Positions 13,626 through 25,881 of a stretch of 64,000 nucleotides of DNA are shown in pieces; the first letter of the stretch is position 1; the number at the start of each line of letters is the position of its first letter. The DNA lies in assembly GCA_002633005.1 (NCBI GenBank), contig NMRA01000268.1:130585-194584 (forward strand), read 5' to 3'. The DNA comes from Phoronis australis (Eukaryota > Animalia > Phoronida). The notes beneath the pieces were generated by a model that did not search any database, was not told where the DNA came from, and saw nothing but the letters and a program-made list of their open reading frames with translations. The translations under genes and the position numbers were made by a program.

Positions 13626-14050
13626 TCATACATGCATGTGGCGCCACCTATCTCGTTTAAAGACGGTTTGTTTTGAACGCACCCTGTACTCCTCTACCAA
13701 ACCCGTTCTTTCCTCAGGACAAGATCTCAACGTTTTCAGTGCCAAACCCATGTTTGAATCATGCAACTGGTTGTACAAAGCAGATGGAATACCTTCTTCA
13801 GCAGCTCTCCTGTGTTGGTGCAAGCGTTTCTTGAGTTGTTGTTCGGTTTCACCCACACAGCACTGGTCATATCGTTCTCCCTTCCCGTGGATACGATAAA
13901 CTGTAATAATACCACTAATACGATCTTTCTCCTGTTTGTCTTTAGGGTGCCTAAAAGTTGTCTCAACGTTTTGACTGTGCTACTCTAGTGCCACCACTAA
14001 GACAAGTTCTTTGAAACTTTTTGGACACACTTCCCAGTTGCGGGAACAAG
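13626..14050 (-). mobile_element. Penelope-like retroelement remnant (GIY-YIG endonuclease)
   Basis: Frameshifted minus-strand peptides KTLRQLL-HPKDKQEKDRISGII ... CVGETEQQLKKRLHQHRR...SAL, typical of the Penelope RT-linker/GIY-YIG region. Confidence 0.8.
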
Positions 14051-14119
14051 ACAATAGTCATAGTATACTCACGGATGATCGCCTGTTTCCTGTTTGCATT
14101 AGCGAAAGACCATCTGGGG

Positions 14120-14590
14120 AGTAATGATTTGACAGATTACACGAGCTGATGAAATAAAACACATTTATATTACTGGAGACACAAACAACAGACAAAGTAG
14201 TAGAGTTCACTAAAAGAAAGCGCCATGTTACGGCGCAAATATCACACTTTCCTTTCTTAGACGAAAGATAACGTGGAGTATTATTATTATCAATGTAACT
14301 TAAACTAATGCTCACAGTCCTTCAGAAAACCAGGAGTCTTTACCACTCGGCCACTGCGTGTCACTCTTCGGTTGAGACGAAGGAGGCTCGCCGCCATGGG
14401 CGCGTGTCGGGTACCATCATCGGACTCACCAGAAGGGTCGTCGGGGGCAAATTGGTAAGCTCTGGCTAGTTTCAAACTGACACGACGGTATCTCTCACCA
14501 CTGGGTACCTCAACTAAGTACAATCGAGGTCCAACTTGTTCCGACAACTTTTGGAGATTTCGTCCACATTTTCTCTCCACCATCGAGGAT
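14120..14590 (-). mobile_element. Ty3/Gypsy LTR retrotransposon 3' remnant (integrase tail, PPT, 3' LTR)
   Basis: VGPRLYLVEVPSGERYRR...VTRSGRVVKTPGFLKD matches the Gypsy integrase C-terminus. A polypurine tract AAGAAAGGAAAG (14258-14247) is directly followed by TGTGAT, the LTR start at 14246. The LTR end is approximate. Confidence 0.75.
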
Positions 14591-15329
14591 CCGTTGCATT
14601 CTACGCAGGATTTCCCGTGTTCAGCAAGCCTGAATTCCTGTAGCTTTTAAAATGTTTCCCCCCCTTAGGATTCGACAGATGACACGGGATTTGACTCATG
14701 ACGTTCATCCTTCTTCCATGTCTGTTTTTGGGTGGCTTTGGTCAACCCTCAACTAAGGGTGTGTAATCCATTCTGATTTTAAATTCCTTGCTTAAGCGTC
14801 GTAGTGTTTCAGAGATTCCAGTTATCGATGCGAGGCAAATAGTTTGTGTACTGTTCCTCTATTTTCTCTTTTCCTTGTAACGTTATCGCTGATTCGATGA
14901 TTACAAATTCTCAATTATGGTCCATCTCAGCTTGAAGTGTTGTTGGGCGACATACGTCCTTGATGCCAGACACTTGACAATACCTCGCTGGAGAAATATG
15001 GTTGCCCTGCAGCCCAGGGCATCCTGACTACAGTGGTTCAAGGCGGAAGCAGATGCGTTATTGAATATTCCTCACCATGTGCAAAAAGGGACCGCTGATT
15101 GTACAAAAGTTTAGTTTATCAGTATGTCTGGCGTCAGTGATAAATACAAAGAGCAAAGACAAATTTGTGTTTATACACAATTTTCCAGTTAAGCTGATTT
15201 GCTTCGGCACAAGTACAACCGCATTTTTATCACTTGATACTCAATACTCTCGGTTTGACCTTAAGCCATTCGAGTTAATTTCTTGATGTTTGTGTTGTTT
15301 TCGTTTTGAATACTTTAGGAAAGGCTCAA

Positions 15330-16275
15330 GAAAACCCCAGATACGGAACTGAGCGTGTAGACTATTGTCTTGGAAACTTCGCTTACAGCTTCGCCTCTGT
15401 AGGAGAGTGAAAATGAGACTTAAGCCCAAGATCTACTTAAAAAGCGTAAATGTCTTTAAAAGTAATATTAAGTCGTGTGTTGTCGTAAATGGTCTCCCAC
15501 CTTCCTTGTTCAATATTTCGCGTGGTTGCAAAAAAGACGCCCCCTGTCTCCCTACATTTTACATTGTTTGCTGAGATTTTGTCAAGAATAATAAAAACAT
15601 TGCATATGTAGTTGCGTGAAATAAGAAATATTTAATCTCGCAATATGCGGACAACACATCAATTACTTTGGATGGGTCGAATTTGTCATTGACTAGTACA
15701 TTTGTTTGGTACTCCAACTGAATGTGGATAAAACAAAAGCCATATGCTTTGGAAGTAAAACTGATAAGGATGACGTGATTCCTACAAAAGAAAGTCTGTC
15801 TTGGACAAAAAAATATTTTTGGTATTTGATGGTGGATTTTGACAGTCAATTGTCGGATAGTATGACGCATAAGTACTTCACTGCAAGAGTGACCGAGATT
15901 ATGTTTTTATTAAAAAATAGAGTCGACGAAATTTACCGCTCTTTGGTAGGCTAATTGTAATTAAAACGTTAGTCGAAACTTATTTTTTATGTCAAGTTTA
16001 CCAAATCCATCAGGAAAGGTCTTGGATGAATTGAATAAGATATTGTTTAGATTTGTATGGCACTCTCGTAATAAAATTAAGCGAACTACTGTCTGTTTAG
16101 GACTAGATCAAGGACTTCAATCGGTTATCATACATATTTTCAGCAAAGCTTTACAACTCGCCATGGCCAATAGATATCTTGAAAGCCCCGTGCCTAAAAG
16201 TGGTCAGTTACTATACTCACTCTACCCAGTTCCTATACTTTTTAGGAAGAAAAAAGTTTTGCACATAGTCTAAAT
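15330..16275 (+). mobile_element. Degenerate L1/Tx1-clade LINE reverse transcriptase fragment
   Basis: Collinear motifs over several frames: NIKSCVVVNG..FNISRGC, SQYADNTSITLDGS (15638-15680, YADD-like), LNVDKTKAI, MSSLPNP..ELNKILFRFVW..KIKRTTV. Confidence 0.85.
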
Positions 16276-16919
16276 GTTCAAACTGCACTCAAGCGGGGAA
16301 TTTGGAAAAGATCAATCAGAAAACAAACAACTGTCAGACTAAATGTGGAAAAGAGCCATCCTGGACAACCGAAACAGTATGGATCAATACACCAAAACCT
16401 ACTTGTTTCAAGTTGCGGCACTATAAAACCACCATCCTATAAAATATCTACTAGAGAAAGTCCTTTGTCAAATTTTATCTAAGTTATTTGTGAAGCAGAT
16501 GGCATACCGCATCCCCAATCAGACGATATCTGCAGTGTCTGTTGAAAGGCATGTGGAGAAAATGAGGAAGAATGGGTGCAGTTCAACAGTTTGTTTTCAA
16601 TATCACTCTGACAAATTTCAAGATTTTTGCGTAAATTTAGTCAAGAAAAAGGTTACATTGTGTTCAGAACGATTATTTAGTACCTGGAAAGACAGCTGAT
16701 GACAGAGCTGTACGTTGATACATTACAATTTGTGTTACAATATCATAATTTGTGTTGCCCTGATGAGTGCATTAAACCCTTAGACCGATGCTGAGACGAC
16801 TGTTTCTACACCTCCAGTCAACTGTCACCCTAGTGAACCAGAACCGTGCCCACCACCATTTGATGAGCGATGCCTACCGTTGAGCATTGTCAGTCTTTGA
16901 TTTGATTTATATTTTCCAT

Positions 16920-17300
16920 TGAGAATACAGTAAATAGAAACACCATCACAGACATGCGGTTGGTCAGTAAATACTGGCAGACAGTCAGGAACATTCTAAC
17001 ATAGATTTATTGGCATCAATGAATTCATCTGAAAACGGGGGATAGCATCATATTACTAACAGATGCCTATCCGCCAAATTTTACGAAAAATCCGTTGAGG
17101 AACTTCAAAAGATAGAGATAAACGTAAAAAAATAAAACTGCCACTAGGGGACACACTGGTCGACGGATAGGACCGAAATTCGTCATCTGTCGTAAGCTTC
17201 GTGTGAACACCCAAATCCCATCAAGGTCCTATGAGGAGTTCAGGGGATACAGCTGCGGACGACGGACGCCTGGACAGAGATGACGGCAAGATGCACCCAG
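16920..17300 (-). mobile_element. Helentron-associated (HINE-like) element fragment
   Basis: Contains gccactagggg-acacac-tggt, the reverse complement of the core repeat at 21430-21452, and a (GACG/GACA) microsatellite at ~17257-17285. Confidence 0.55.
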
Positions 17301-18777
17301 ATATAGATATGTAAACGCATCAAAACGACTTCCCTCATCCCGTTCTGTGAAACAAAATTATGCTTTGTAACTCTCGTCAACCTTCAAAAGTTAGGATGAA
17401 ATTTTGAAAAATAGCGTGACACACGCTGATAGCGAATCACAAGGCAGTTGTTGGAGAAGACCACCCATCAAGGACCATAATGTCCAATCTGTGACAGAGT
17501 GAATATGAGTTTTTTTATTCCCACCTTTAACTTAGGAGATTGAGGCCAATGATGCATTTGCAGGTGACACAACGAGGACTTATTGAAATCATCAAAACAA
17601 GGTTTAGTATTCTTTTAGGTGTTGCAACATGGTATCCACCAAATCTTTGAACATTTTTGCTTAAATACCTCTTCCTGAAAAGGTGAATAAACTATGGGCT
17701 GGGAAGAATTGGCATTTAACTTTTGCTTCCGACATTGTTCCAAATTTTGCGAGAAAGCAAAACGGTCTGATGTTTTGAAACTTAGTACATTTTATGGGGT
17801 CCTCCATAAACTTAGCAGACGTTCTTTAACAGTCAGTTACGTACCTGTCGGATCACATAGCCATGATCTCACAATTCTGCACGCAGAGTACAGCACAAAT
17901 GTCTCGTGGTTTGTGCATGGGCCGTGTCTGTTGGTGCCAGTTTTGGCACCTGTCTTATCAGGCAAACCCCTCTAAATCCGCCATTGCTCCCACTTGATCA
18001 TCGCTACCATGACTTTTCCCGGCGCCTGGACGAACTTTAAATTTGATTGTGAAAATCTTGCCTCTAAGGTTTCTACGGGATTGGAAATGTGCGATTTTCG
18101 AGTTGAATGTGAGATAAGAATCTATAAGGAATGCTTGTCATTATAATGACAAAAATGTTTCGAAACTTTCTTGCACTCACATTCTCAACTAAAGAAGTGT
18201 TTCATCGGAACGAGAAGAGCCACCTGTCAGCCGTGATCGAGTGGGTACCTTTTGCCCAGAAAACACAGATTTTAGATTGTTCGTGACGTTAGCTTTTATT
18301 CCTCGGATCTTGATTGCGCTGATCAGCCGATGACGGGGTGATCGGTCATGGTAAAAATTTGCAATGTGTAATAGGCAGCAGTCGCAATAATTTTGTAAAT
18401 TGTTCTGCATTTGTATCGAGGACTAACATAAGGGTGGTCTAAGTGAAAACGTGCCTATCCTTGAAAATTGCTGGGTATTCACTGACATCGTCGGGCCTTT
18501 AGGTGCTGGAAAATTGAGCGTGCTTAGTTGTCAGAAATAAAAACTAATGTGTGACCATGTTCAGTATTTTGGAAATACATTAATGTTTTTGCAACCTTTT
18601 GGAAATCTAATAAATGTGTTATAACGTGGTGTGTGTTGAATGTACGAAAGAGGGAATAACGATGATGTCTATTTTCATTTGCTTTATATCGATGCAATAA
18701 GGAAACGTTGTCGAGAACATAAGTAATAAAGCTGTAACAAATAAGACAATTTGTCAAAATACGCTCTTGGTTTCTCG

Positions 18778-19165
18778 CCGGTAATGAAATATTTCAAACG
18801 AACACAGAAAAACCATAGGTCTCTAGATTGCCGGTCTAGTGCTCGCACCACTGAGCTACTAGGACCCGATATCTGTGCGATTACTGTTTACAGCCATCTG
18901 TTAAGTCATACATACAATGAGCGGTGTTTCGCTTTTCTCACGGGATTTGAACAATTATACATGTATATACAATCACCAGTATGTGTTAACTAGATATAGT
19001 GAATATATAGACGCTGAGGTTAGCCAGTAATGAAATATATCAAATAAACACAGAAAAATCAGGAACCCCAACTGGGAATCGAACCACAGGTCTCTAGATT
19101 GCCGCTCTAGTCCTCTCTAGTGAGAACACTAGACCGGCAATCTAGAGACCTGTGGTTCGATTCAC
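18778..19165 (-). mobile_element. tRNA-derived SINE heads (two partial copies, one with fold-back duplication)
   Basis: Minus strand gives A-box TAGCTCAGTGG (~18860-18848), anticodon-like arm CTAGA-CCGGCAA-TCTAG and B-box GGTTCGATTCCC (19085-19073). 19076-19110 is repeated in inverted form at 19129-19163. Confidence 0.65.
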
Positions 19166-20247
19166 AATTTAAAGATTGGGAGAAGCCCTTATGAAACTAT
19201 TAATGTCATTAACGCTAGGCTGTTCAACGAAATGCGTCCACAATTGTTTTACTATTAAATTCGTTTTACCATATCCTCAAGACAGCATTTATTCAACATA
19301 CAAAAATACGTCAACTGAGGAAAGACAAACATACAGCGACAACAAGGTTTTATTTCTCATAACTGGATTACCACAATATCCTTATCATTGAAAAAAGAAA
19401 ACAGCTAAGCAGTGACAGATTGATTGGTCCAAAAGAATGAAATGTCCCTTGAATATTTTGGGCGTAATTTTACGTCCATATGTTTCGAATGAAAAACTTC
19501 GCCAAAGTTCTAATTTTTCTATTTGTCAACGTATTGGAAACTTTATCGCGCGTTGTTTTATGACACGACATCAAAATAACATTAGGCTAAAGTTTTCTTA
19601 AGTTTTATTTTTGTTGAGAAATTTCTCGAAATATAATTCCCCTTGGCAGTCATATTCTGGGCTTTATAGGTGAAGAATTACCGTATATTATTTCCTCGCT
19701 TTCTGTTAACAGTAATTTCACATATTTTGTCTCTGTTGAATATGCGGTGTGACCGGTCAGTTTATTTACTTGAACTGTGTAGACACTACGAATGGCTTGG
19801 TTAGCTGCATGTTCTGCTAAGATAACTCTGCATAGAGTAGTGTCCGACAACTTTGTGAAAACTGACACATGTTTGGGTCACACCCAATCCCATGAGAGAC
19901 TCAGAAAACGAGGTACTCCGGTTAAAGATTCTATCAGATGACCCGGCACGGTTTCGAACAATCATGTACAACTGTTTAAAATAAAAGCAAATTGCGTTGA
20001 ATTAGTATTTTTAATATGACGCTGAAAAAACTTCCAGAACTCCGATATTGAATATATGGAAAATAGTCATTTCTTGGGGGAAGAATAGGCTGTGCTCAAT
20101 TTTGTCAATAAAGCCTTATGTCAATTATTTCTCAGCATGCACTCCTTTTTTTCTGGGTAGTATGCCCCCGGGATAAAAAGACTAAACCGAGCGCTTTAAA
20201 ATATAGTTACCCCCCCCCCCAAAGGTAAAGGATATTCCTACTGCGAG

Positions 20248-20281
20248 TATAAAAGTCCTGTCGTAAGTAAATTGTTCAGTT
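20248..20281 (+). promoter_or_regulatory. TATA box + initiator of the prokineticin-fold gene
   Basis: TATAAAAG at 20248-20255; TCAGTT initiator with its A at 20278, exactly 30 nt downstream; ATG at 20305. Confidence 0.85.
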
Positions 20282-20304
20282 GAGGTGAACTGATACTAGT
20301 CACT

Positions 20305-20352
20305 ATGAAGTCACTTTTGGTCTTTGCAGGAATCCTTGTCTGCGCCTGTCAG
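20305..20352 (+). CDS. Secreted prokineticin/colipase-fold (astakine/AVIT-like) protein, coding exon 1 (signal peptide)
   Basis: MKSLLVFAGILVCACQ followed by a phase-0 GT donor at 20353; joins VNA to complete a signal peptide. Confidence 0.85.
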
Positions 20353-20681
20353 GTGATGTGAACATGTCTTGGTATTAATTGGCTCTGCAATCATGCCGTC
20401 TTATAAATAACAACTCATCTATGTGTGTAAAATAGTGTTAACCATTACTGTGAACTATCATGCCAGATGCCATTCACGGGAACCAATTTCCTACGCACGC
20501 AAATAAACGCGAACGTACCAAGCCCGTTTACCTATGTTTGAAAAGGTGGCAACTTCACTTAATTTTCTTTTCTACTCTAACTCAAATTTGAACAAACACC
20601 ATTTCTTTTCAAAAGGATTTGAGCATAGATATGAATCAACCTCACACGTTGGACTTCAGATTCAATTATTACTTCGTACAG

Positions 20682-20829
20682 GTAAATGCCAGGATCGCCA
20701 TCGAAGAAGGAAAGGTCAAACACGAATGTACGACCGCAGACGACTGTGCTAAGGGTCAGTGCTGCAAGGCTGACTTCACGGGACTGATAGCAAGCCGTAA
20801 GAGACAGCTTCGTATCATGGAACCAACCA
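20682..20829 (+). CDS. Secreted prokineticin/colipase-fold protein, exon 2
   Basis: Acceptor cttcgtacag; VNARIAIEEGKVKHECTTADDCAKGQCCKADFTGLIASRKRQLRIMEPT; phase-1 GTAAGT donor at 20830. Confidence 0.9.
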
Positions 20830-21201
20830 GTAAGTTTTTGGAAGACTTGCGCCGCTGAAAAGCTTCTTTGATATCATTAGCATAGGCCCTTGAAATGTTG
20901 GGATGAACTTATTGAACTGATGGTTGTTCATCTCTTCAGAACAAGCCCATAAAATTTGAGGTCACGACATGAATTAATATATTTTTAGCTTAGTATGGAT
21001 AAAGAACGAATTGTCTGTTATTTCCAAGCCTAACACCTATTTTGACTAATGTACTCTTTTAGACCAATTTCATAACGGTAAATGGCCTAAATCAGAACTT
21101 ATTTGACAGAAATCACGGGTTCGATGCCGTCTTAAGGCAGTGCAAATACAATCTTCTTCTCAACTTAATCAGCAATGCATTTATTCGTTTTAAAAGCTTA
21201 A

Positions 21202-22508
21202 TTTTTATGCACCCATATATTTATATGTGGACGCATTATGCCGTCATCTCTGTCCGTCCGTCCGTCCGGGCGGCGTCCGTCCGGGCGGCGTCCGTCCGGG
21301 CGGCGTCCGTCCGGCGTCCGGCGTCCGCTGCTCTATCTCCAAAACCCTTTGACATACGTTCATGAAATTTGGCACATATGTTCCATTCATGGATGGGACG
21401 GCATGGGAGAACTTTCGGACGGATCAGACTACCGGTGTGCCCCCTAGTGGCAATTTTATTTTTTTACGCTTACCTTTGTATCTTCAAAAGTCCTGAACGG
21501 ATTTTCATGAAATTTGATATGTAGGCACCTAGTAGTGAGATGACGCTATCCTCCTGTTTTCAGATAGATTCGACATAGTTTGCGCCACCTAGTGGCCATT
21601 TTTAGTGTTTTCGAGTCTGTTTTTGTGCATCCACCCCTCTATCAACCAAACCGCTCAAAGGATGATTGTGAAAATTGGCATGCCGATAGTATATGCTTAC
21701 TATGTAGAGGACGGTTGACGATGATTTTCCGACGATTTCGACTACTGTGGCGCCTCCTAGTGGCAGTTTTTTTTTGCGCCTATGGCTGTATCTCCTAAAC
21801 CGTTCGCAGGATCTTTACGAAATTGTGTAAGCATATTTATATGATGTTAACAACGGAAGATGACGACTTTTGGACGGATCCGACTACCGGTGTGCCCCCT
21901 AGTGGCAATTTTAGTTTTTTACGCTTACCTTTGTATCTTCAAAAGTCCTGAACGGATTTTCATGGCTGTATCTCCCGAACCGTTTGCAGGATCTTTACTA
22001 AATTTAACAAGTGTATCTATGTGATGTTGACAACGGACGATGACGACTTTAGGATGATTCTGACTACCGGTATGCCTCTAGTGGCAATTTTAGTATTTGC
22101 CTCTAGTGGCAATTTTAGTATTTTACATTGACCTCTGTATTTTCATAGGTCTTCAGGTGTATACTTTGTGTTACTTCGTGACTATGAAGGAAAAGTTCCA
22201 AGTAGAAATTTGTTTCTGGCATTCTAATGCTGTGCTAATCACGTATGTTGGTAAATTTGTTTTTAATTCTATGTTTCTGTGGTGCTTTAAGCAACTGGTG
22301 TATAGGATGTGCTTGTATTATGAAGATTACTCACATTTTTCCCCTAGCCTATTGAGGAGACAATGACCATGCCTTTCCATTTTGCAAAGTACAACATACT
22401 ACATATATGCCCTCTACTGGCCACTTTATGGTACCAATAAACAACCCTAGAAGGATACCGTATGCGGTGCAATTGTGGGCGCATTTCAACGCTCTGCGTT
22501 GCTCTTGT
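21202..22508 (+). mobile_element. Helentron-associated non-autonomous element (HINE/DINE-1-like) in intron 2
   Basis: Starts in a T-run. Subterminal IR atgcaccca / tgggcgcat; (CGTC)n microsatellite at 21250-21325; tandem ~150-170-bp core repeats carrying cc(c)tagtggc; 3' stem-loop caacgc-tct-gcgttg ending in CTTGT. Confidence 0.85.
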
Positions 22509-23092
22509 GTATATTTTTATGGATTTGAACCAATGATGTTGTTTCAAAGTCAATAAACAACGCATTTTTGGGACACCCTGTGATAAGTACAACGTGGCAA
22601 GGTTACCTAAAACCATTAAAAGGTAATCTCTAAAAATCAACCGCATCTGTTAGGACTGACTTGTCCAATTTTTCGAAGAGTTTTAGGGATGGCGTATTAA
22701 ATTAGTTGGGCAAATTATGCTTGCCAATCACCGCCCCTTATAAGCAAAAACTCTCTAGTTTCGCCTCTGATGGGCACTTCATCCATATTACATTGATATC
22801 CACAGTTCACGCTATGCATAAATCGCTATGCCAGTATCCGAATCCCCCTCCGTTTTGGAGAATAAGTCATTCACGCAACTTCGTGTGATCAAAACTGTGG
22901 ATTCGCTTATGAACACAGTTCATTGTTTTCATGACCAATGACATTAGAAGGGTCTATCGATAATAGAGGCCGTTGGAGATCTATGTCAAAAAGAGTTTTT
23001 CGACCACTGATTAATTTTAAAGACCACTTCGGAATTCATAGCGTGTGACTGCATTTCACGAAGAGATGTTAATTTCTGTTTGCTCGTTGTAG

Positions 23093-23286
23093 GGCGATGT
23101 ATGGACTACATCCCCGAGGGTGGTAATTGTGCTGGCTTGAACCTTCGCACGTGCGGATGTGTGAAGAACACCGGATGCATGTCAATTCCCTATCCAAAGC
23201 CAACCAAAGCAGAGTATAAAAGAGCGATGATAGCGGGTGGCGACCTGTATCCTGGCATCCGAAAGTGCGTTCGCGATGACAATTAG
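23093..23286 (+). CDS. Secreted prokineticin/colipase-fold protein, exon 3 (last)
   Basis: Acceptor tgctcgttgtag, phase 1 matching exon 2; RCMDYIPEGGNCAGLNLRTCGCVKNTGC...RKCVRDDN*; AATAAA ~40 nt after the stop. Joined protein is 129 aa with C-x5-C-x4-CC-x23-C-x9-C-x7-C-x-C-x5-C-x29-C. Confidence 0.9.
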
Positions 23287-23377
23287 ATCGTAGATAGAAT
23301 TATGAAGTTCACGTGTTTTGTTACCTAATAAATGTAACGTGCGTGACATGTATAATTTTCAAAACATATCGCCTAAA

Positions 23378-24119
23378 TATAGATTATTACATGGCGAAGT
23401 TGTTATCCCCATAAGAAAAGCCGAGATATTTTTTGTAAAATAATGCTTTTACTCAAAACCAATTGAAAAATAAAACAAAATAGAAATAAAATGAATCTAC
23501 AAATTAAGGTTTAGCAACTGTTATAGCTTACTACACGTTTTATCACGTTAAGCTTCGACCGGGAAAATATCGTCTGCTAAAGTAGGTTACCACTAGTAAC
23601 TGCATATAATGCTCAAGTCAAAGGATCCCGACCACACGACACCTGCATTCAAATTGGAGATCGGTAATTTACAAGTGAGAGAACACGAGAGAAAAATTTC
23701 ACTGAATTAAAATATCGTTTTTATGGAAATTATGCTTCTTATTTTTCATAGCGTATAATTGTCGGTGCAATGCCCTTTGCTGAACATGTGATTGTTGCGC
23801 GTGCTCATTTAAGTATTCTATTTTCACTTTCGATGACGTCAGCGGCTGAGTGGTGTAGTGGTGAAGTCGGCGACTCGCAACTGTTGAGGCCCGGGTTCGT
23901 ATCCGGCCTCGGTTTCCCGCCAAAATGTTATCTCACTAGTGAGATAACTTTATAGGCTATTACACGGTTGTATCTGACATTCGAGGCTAATATTGTGGTG
24001 TAAATGATGTTATTCAACCTACTTGCAACTGATAAAATAACTTTTAAACGTGGAGACCAGAGTTAAGTTTGGCGAAGACGCAAAAATCTCGCGAAGGAAG
24101 CTAGTGTAATCACTTATAA
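23378..24119 (+). mobile_element. Hairpin/pseudo-tRNA element, family B copy 1
   Basis: Starts tatagattattacatggcgaag as at 37187 and 62191; shared body (aaagtaggttaccact...); tRNA-like segment; palindrome gttatctcactagtgagataac at 23927-23948. Confidence 0.75.
23844..23914 (+). pseudogene. tRNA-derived segment inside the family B repeat
   Basis: A-box TGGTGTAGTGG; T-arm GAGGCCCGGGTTCGTATCCGGCC resembling the 3' half of tRNA-Gly; acceptor-like pairing gctgag/ctcggt; anticodon stem poorly paired. Homologues at ~56871-56925 and ~62899-62970. Confidence 0.65.
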
Positions 24120-25049
24120 TACTTGGCGATATATCGTTATCTTTAGGATTTTGAGTTGGGGGGGCAGAGTGTTAGCCAGGATTTTGACCGTCAGACATTC
24201 GTTACACCGAACTGCCAAATGGAATATTGGACAATTTCAGGGGCGTGTGGCTTCCTTTTCCCTTTCCCCCTCCCTAAATCTGCCACTGATGATTCTTGCG
24301 TCTTCGCGATGTTCTTACGCACCCACTGAACGCAAGCTAGAACTGCATTCCATAAACCCGGACATAAGCATGCTCTTGCAGCGAAAAATTACCGCTTACG
24401 GGACGGAAACAGTGAAAACCATACCATTACTTATGAACCAACAAACCTCACCGACAAATCACTTCATTGGTCACCGTATTCCTAGGTTACGCTAGTGAGG
24501 TCTCGAGCATGCTCGAGAAATATTTACATTTCATTTGCGTGGTCTTGCGTGATTTCCCTTTTCTCGCAAGAAACTTTGTCTACGGAACGTTACCCGGGCT
24601 GGATAGGCACTAGACACGCATGTTCGCATATATATACATGTACCTATTACACGCACACGCTCACAAAAGCATATATTTATATCTGTATATGGGTATGTAT
24701 GTATATTCTTACACACGCACACACACACACACGCACATATTTGCTGTACATGGGTAGCACGTTTTCCGTTATGCAACACGACACTTGTCGTTGTTAACTC
24801 TCTTTATTCCATTCCGTCCGTATCCTCGGAACACAGTTCAATATTCAACAGAACATTGGTAAAGTAAGTGATCACCACCCCAGAGCAAAAGCTAGTAACA
24901 TACACGGTCGGTGAGACACGGCAGGTGCAAAGAATGACAAATGGAGGGGGTATCAGGAAAGTCACACAAACAAGTGTAGCGTGCGGCGCGACCGTTTGCT
25001 GCTCATTCAAAACAGGCTTCTCGAATCCAATTAAAACGGATTTCAAAAC

Positions 25050-25750
25050 TTTCAATCGCAGCACATCGTGCTCCACGTATCGAATTGACGTGTTTTCCGC
25101 AATTTCCTGACCAGTAATTTTACGTTCGTGACATTGCAGAAAATGATGAGGCCATTGAGAAGATACATAGATAACTGATGGGAAAGACTGCAAACCGTTT
25201 GACCAATGTAACATTGCTTGACATTTGAACGAAGACATTCATTCATAGGGCATACAAACTCATAAACCACACTACACTGGGCAACGGGGTGGACTTTCGC
25301 TTTAGAAATGTTATTTTTCATGATGAAGCTGGAGGACTTCCTATTCCGATAATAAGGAATTACATCGAGGTGATCTATCGGGCTTACAAATTTTAACATT
25401 ATCCTTGATGATTTTCTTTAAGGCGTGTTCGTCCTGGAGGTAATTATTGGACATAACAATTTTGTAAAATACCTTTTTCCTTTTTGGTCACACCGGTGCG
25501 ACGGGTAGTGGATTCAGAATTAATTTTAGACATGAATCGACTAATATGACGGTCTACAAAAGCCTTGCTTCAGCCATTACTTACCAGGGTTTGTTTTATA
25601 TGATCAACCTCTCTATTTGTTATTTCTTGCAGTATTTCACATCTGCCTTGTCCCACTGCCTATGTTACTAGCTTTTGCTCTGTGGTGGTATTACTGCGTC
25701 ATTTTATTTCCACTTGACAATGAAACCAGTATGTTTCGAAATAACTCGTG
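25050..25750 (-). mobile_element. Penelope-like retroelement remnant (RT C-terminus + GIY-YIG)
   Basis: EVDHIKQTLVSNG*SKAFVDRHI followed by VVYEFVCP..EC....CYIGQT..SLSHQL; contains stops and frameshifts. Confidence 0.8.
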
Positions 25751-25881
25751 TGTTGTTTAATCATGATATCTCAGTTACTTTACCAATGTTCTGTTGAACG
25801 TCGAACTTTGATCTGAGGGCATGAATTGATTGGAATAAAGATAGTTACAACAAGTGTCGTGTATTTAACCAAGTTTCCATA

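Noticed and set aside
21238-22120. Periodic repeats as a CRISPR array or a repeat-protein ORF
   Set aside because: Eukaryotic context, no unique spacers and no cas genes; explained by the HINE microsatellite and core repeats.
3695-23286. GPCR as the receptor of the neighbouring prokineticin-fold protein
   Set aside because: The receptor shows no recognisable prokineticin-receptor features; proximity alone is not evidence.
23844-23914. Functional tRNA gene (also ~40258, ~50243, ~56871, ~62899)
   Set aside because: Anticodon stems do not pair, copies diverge from each other, and most lie inside repeats.
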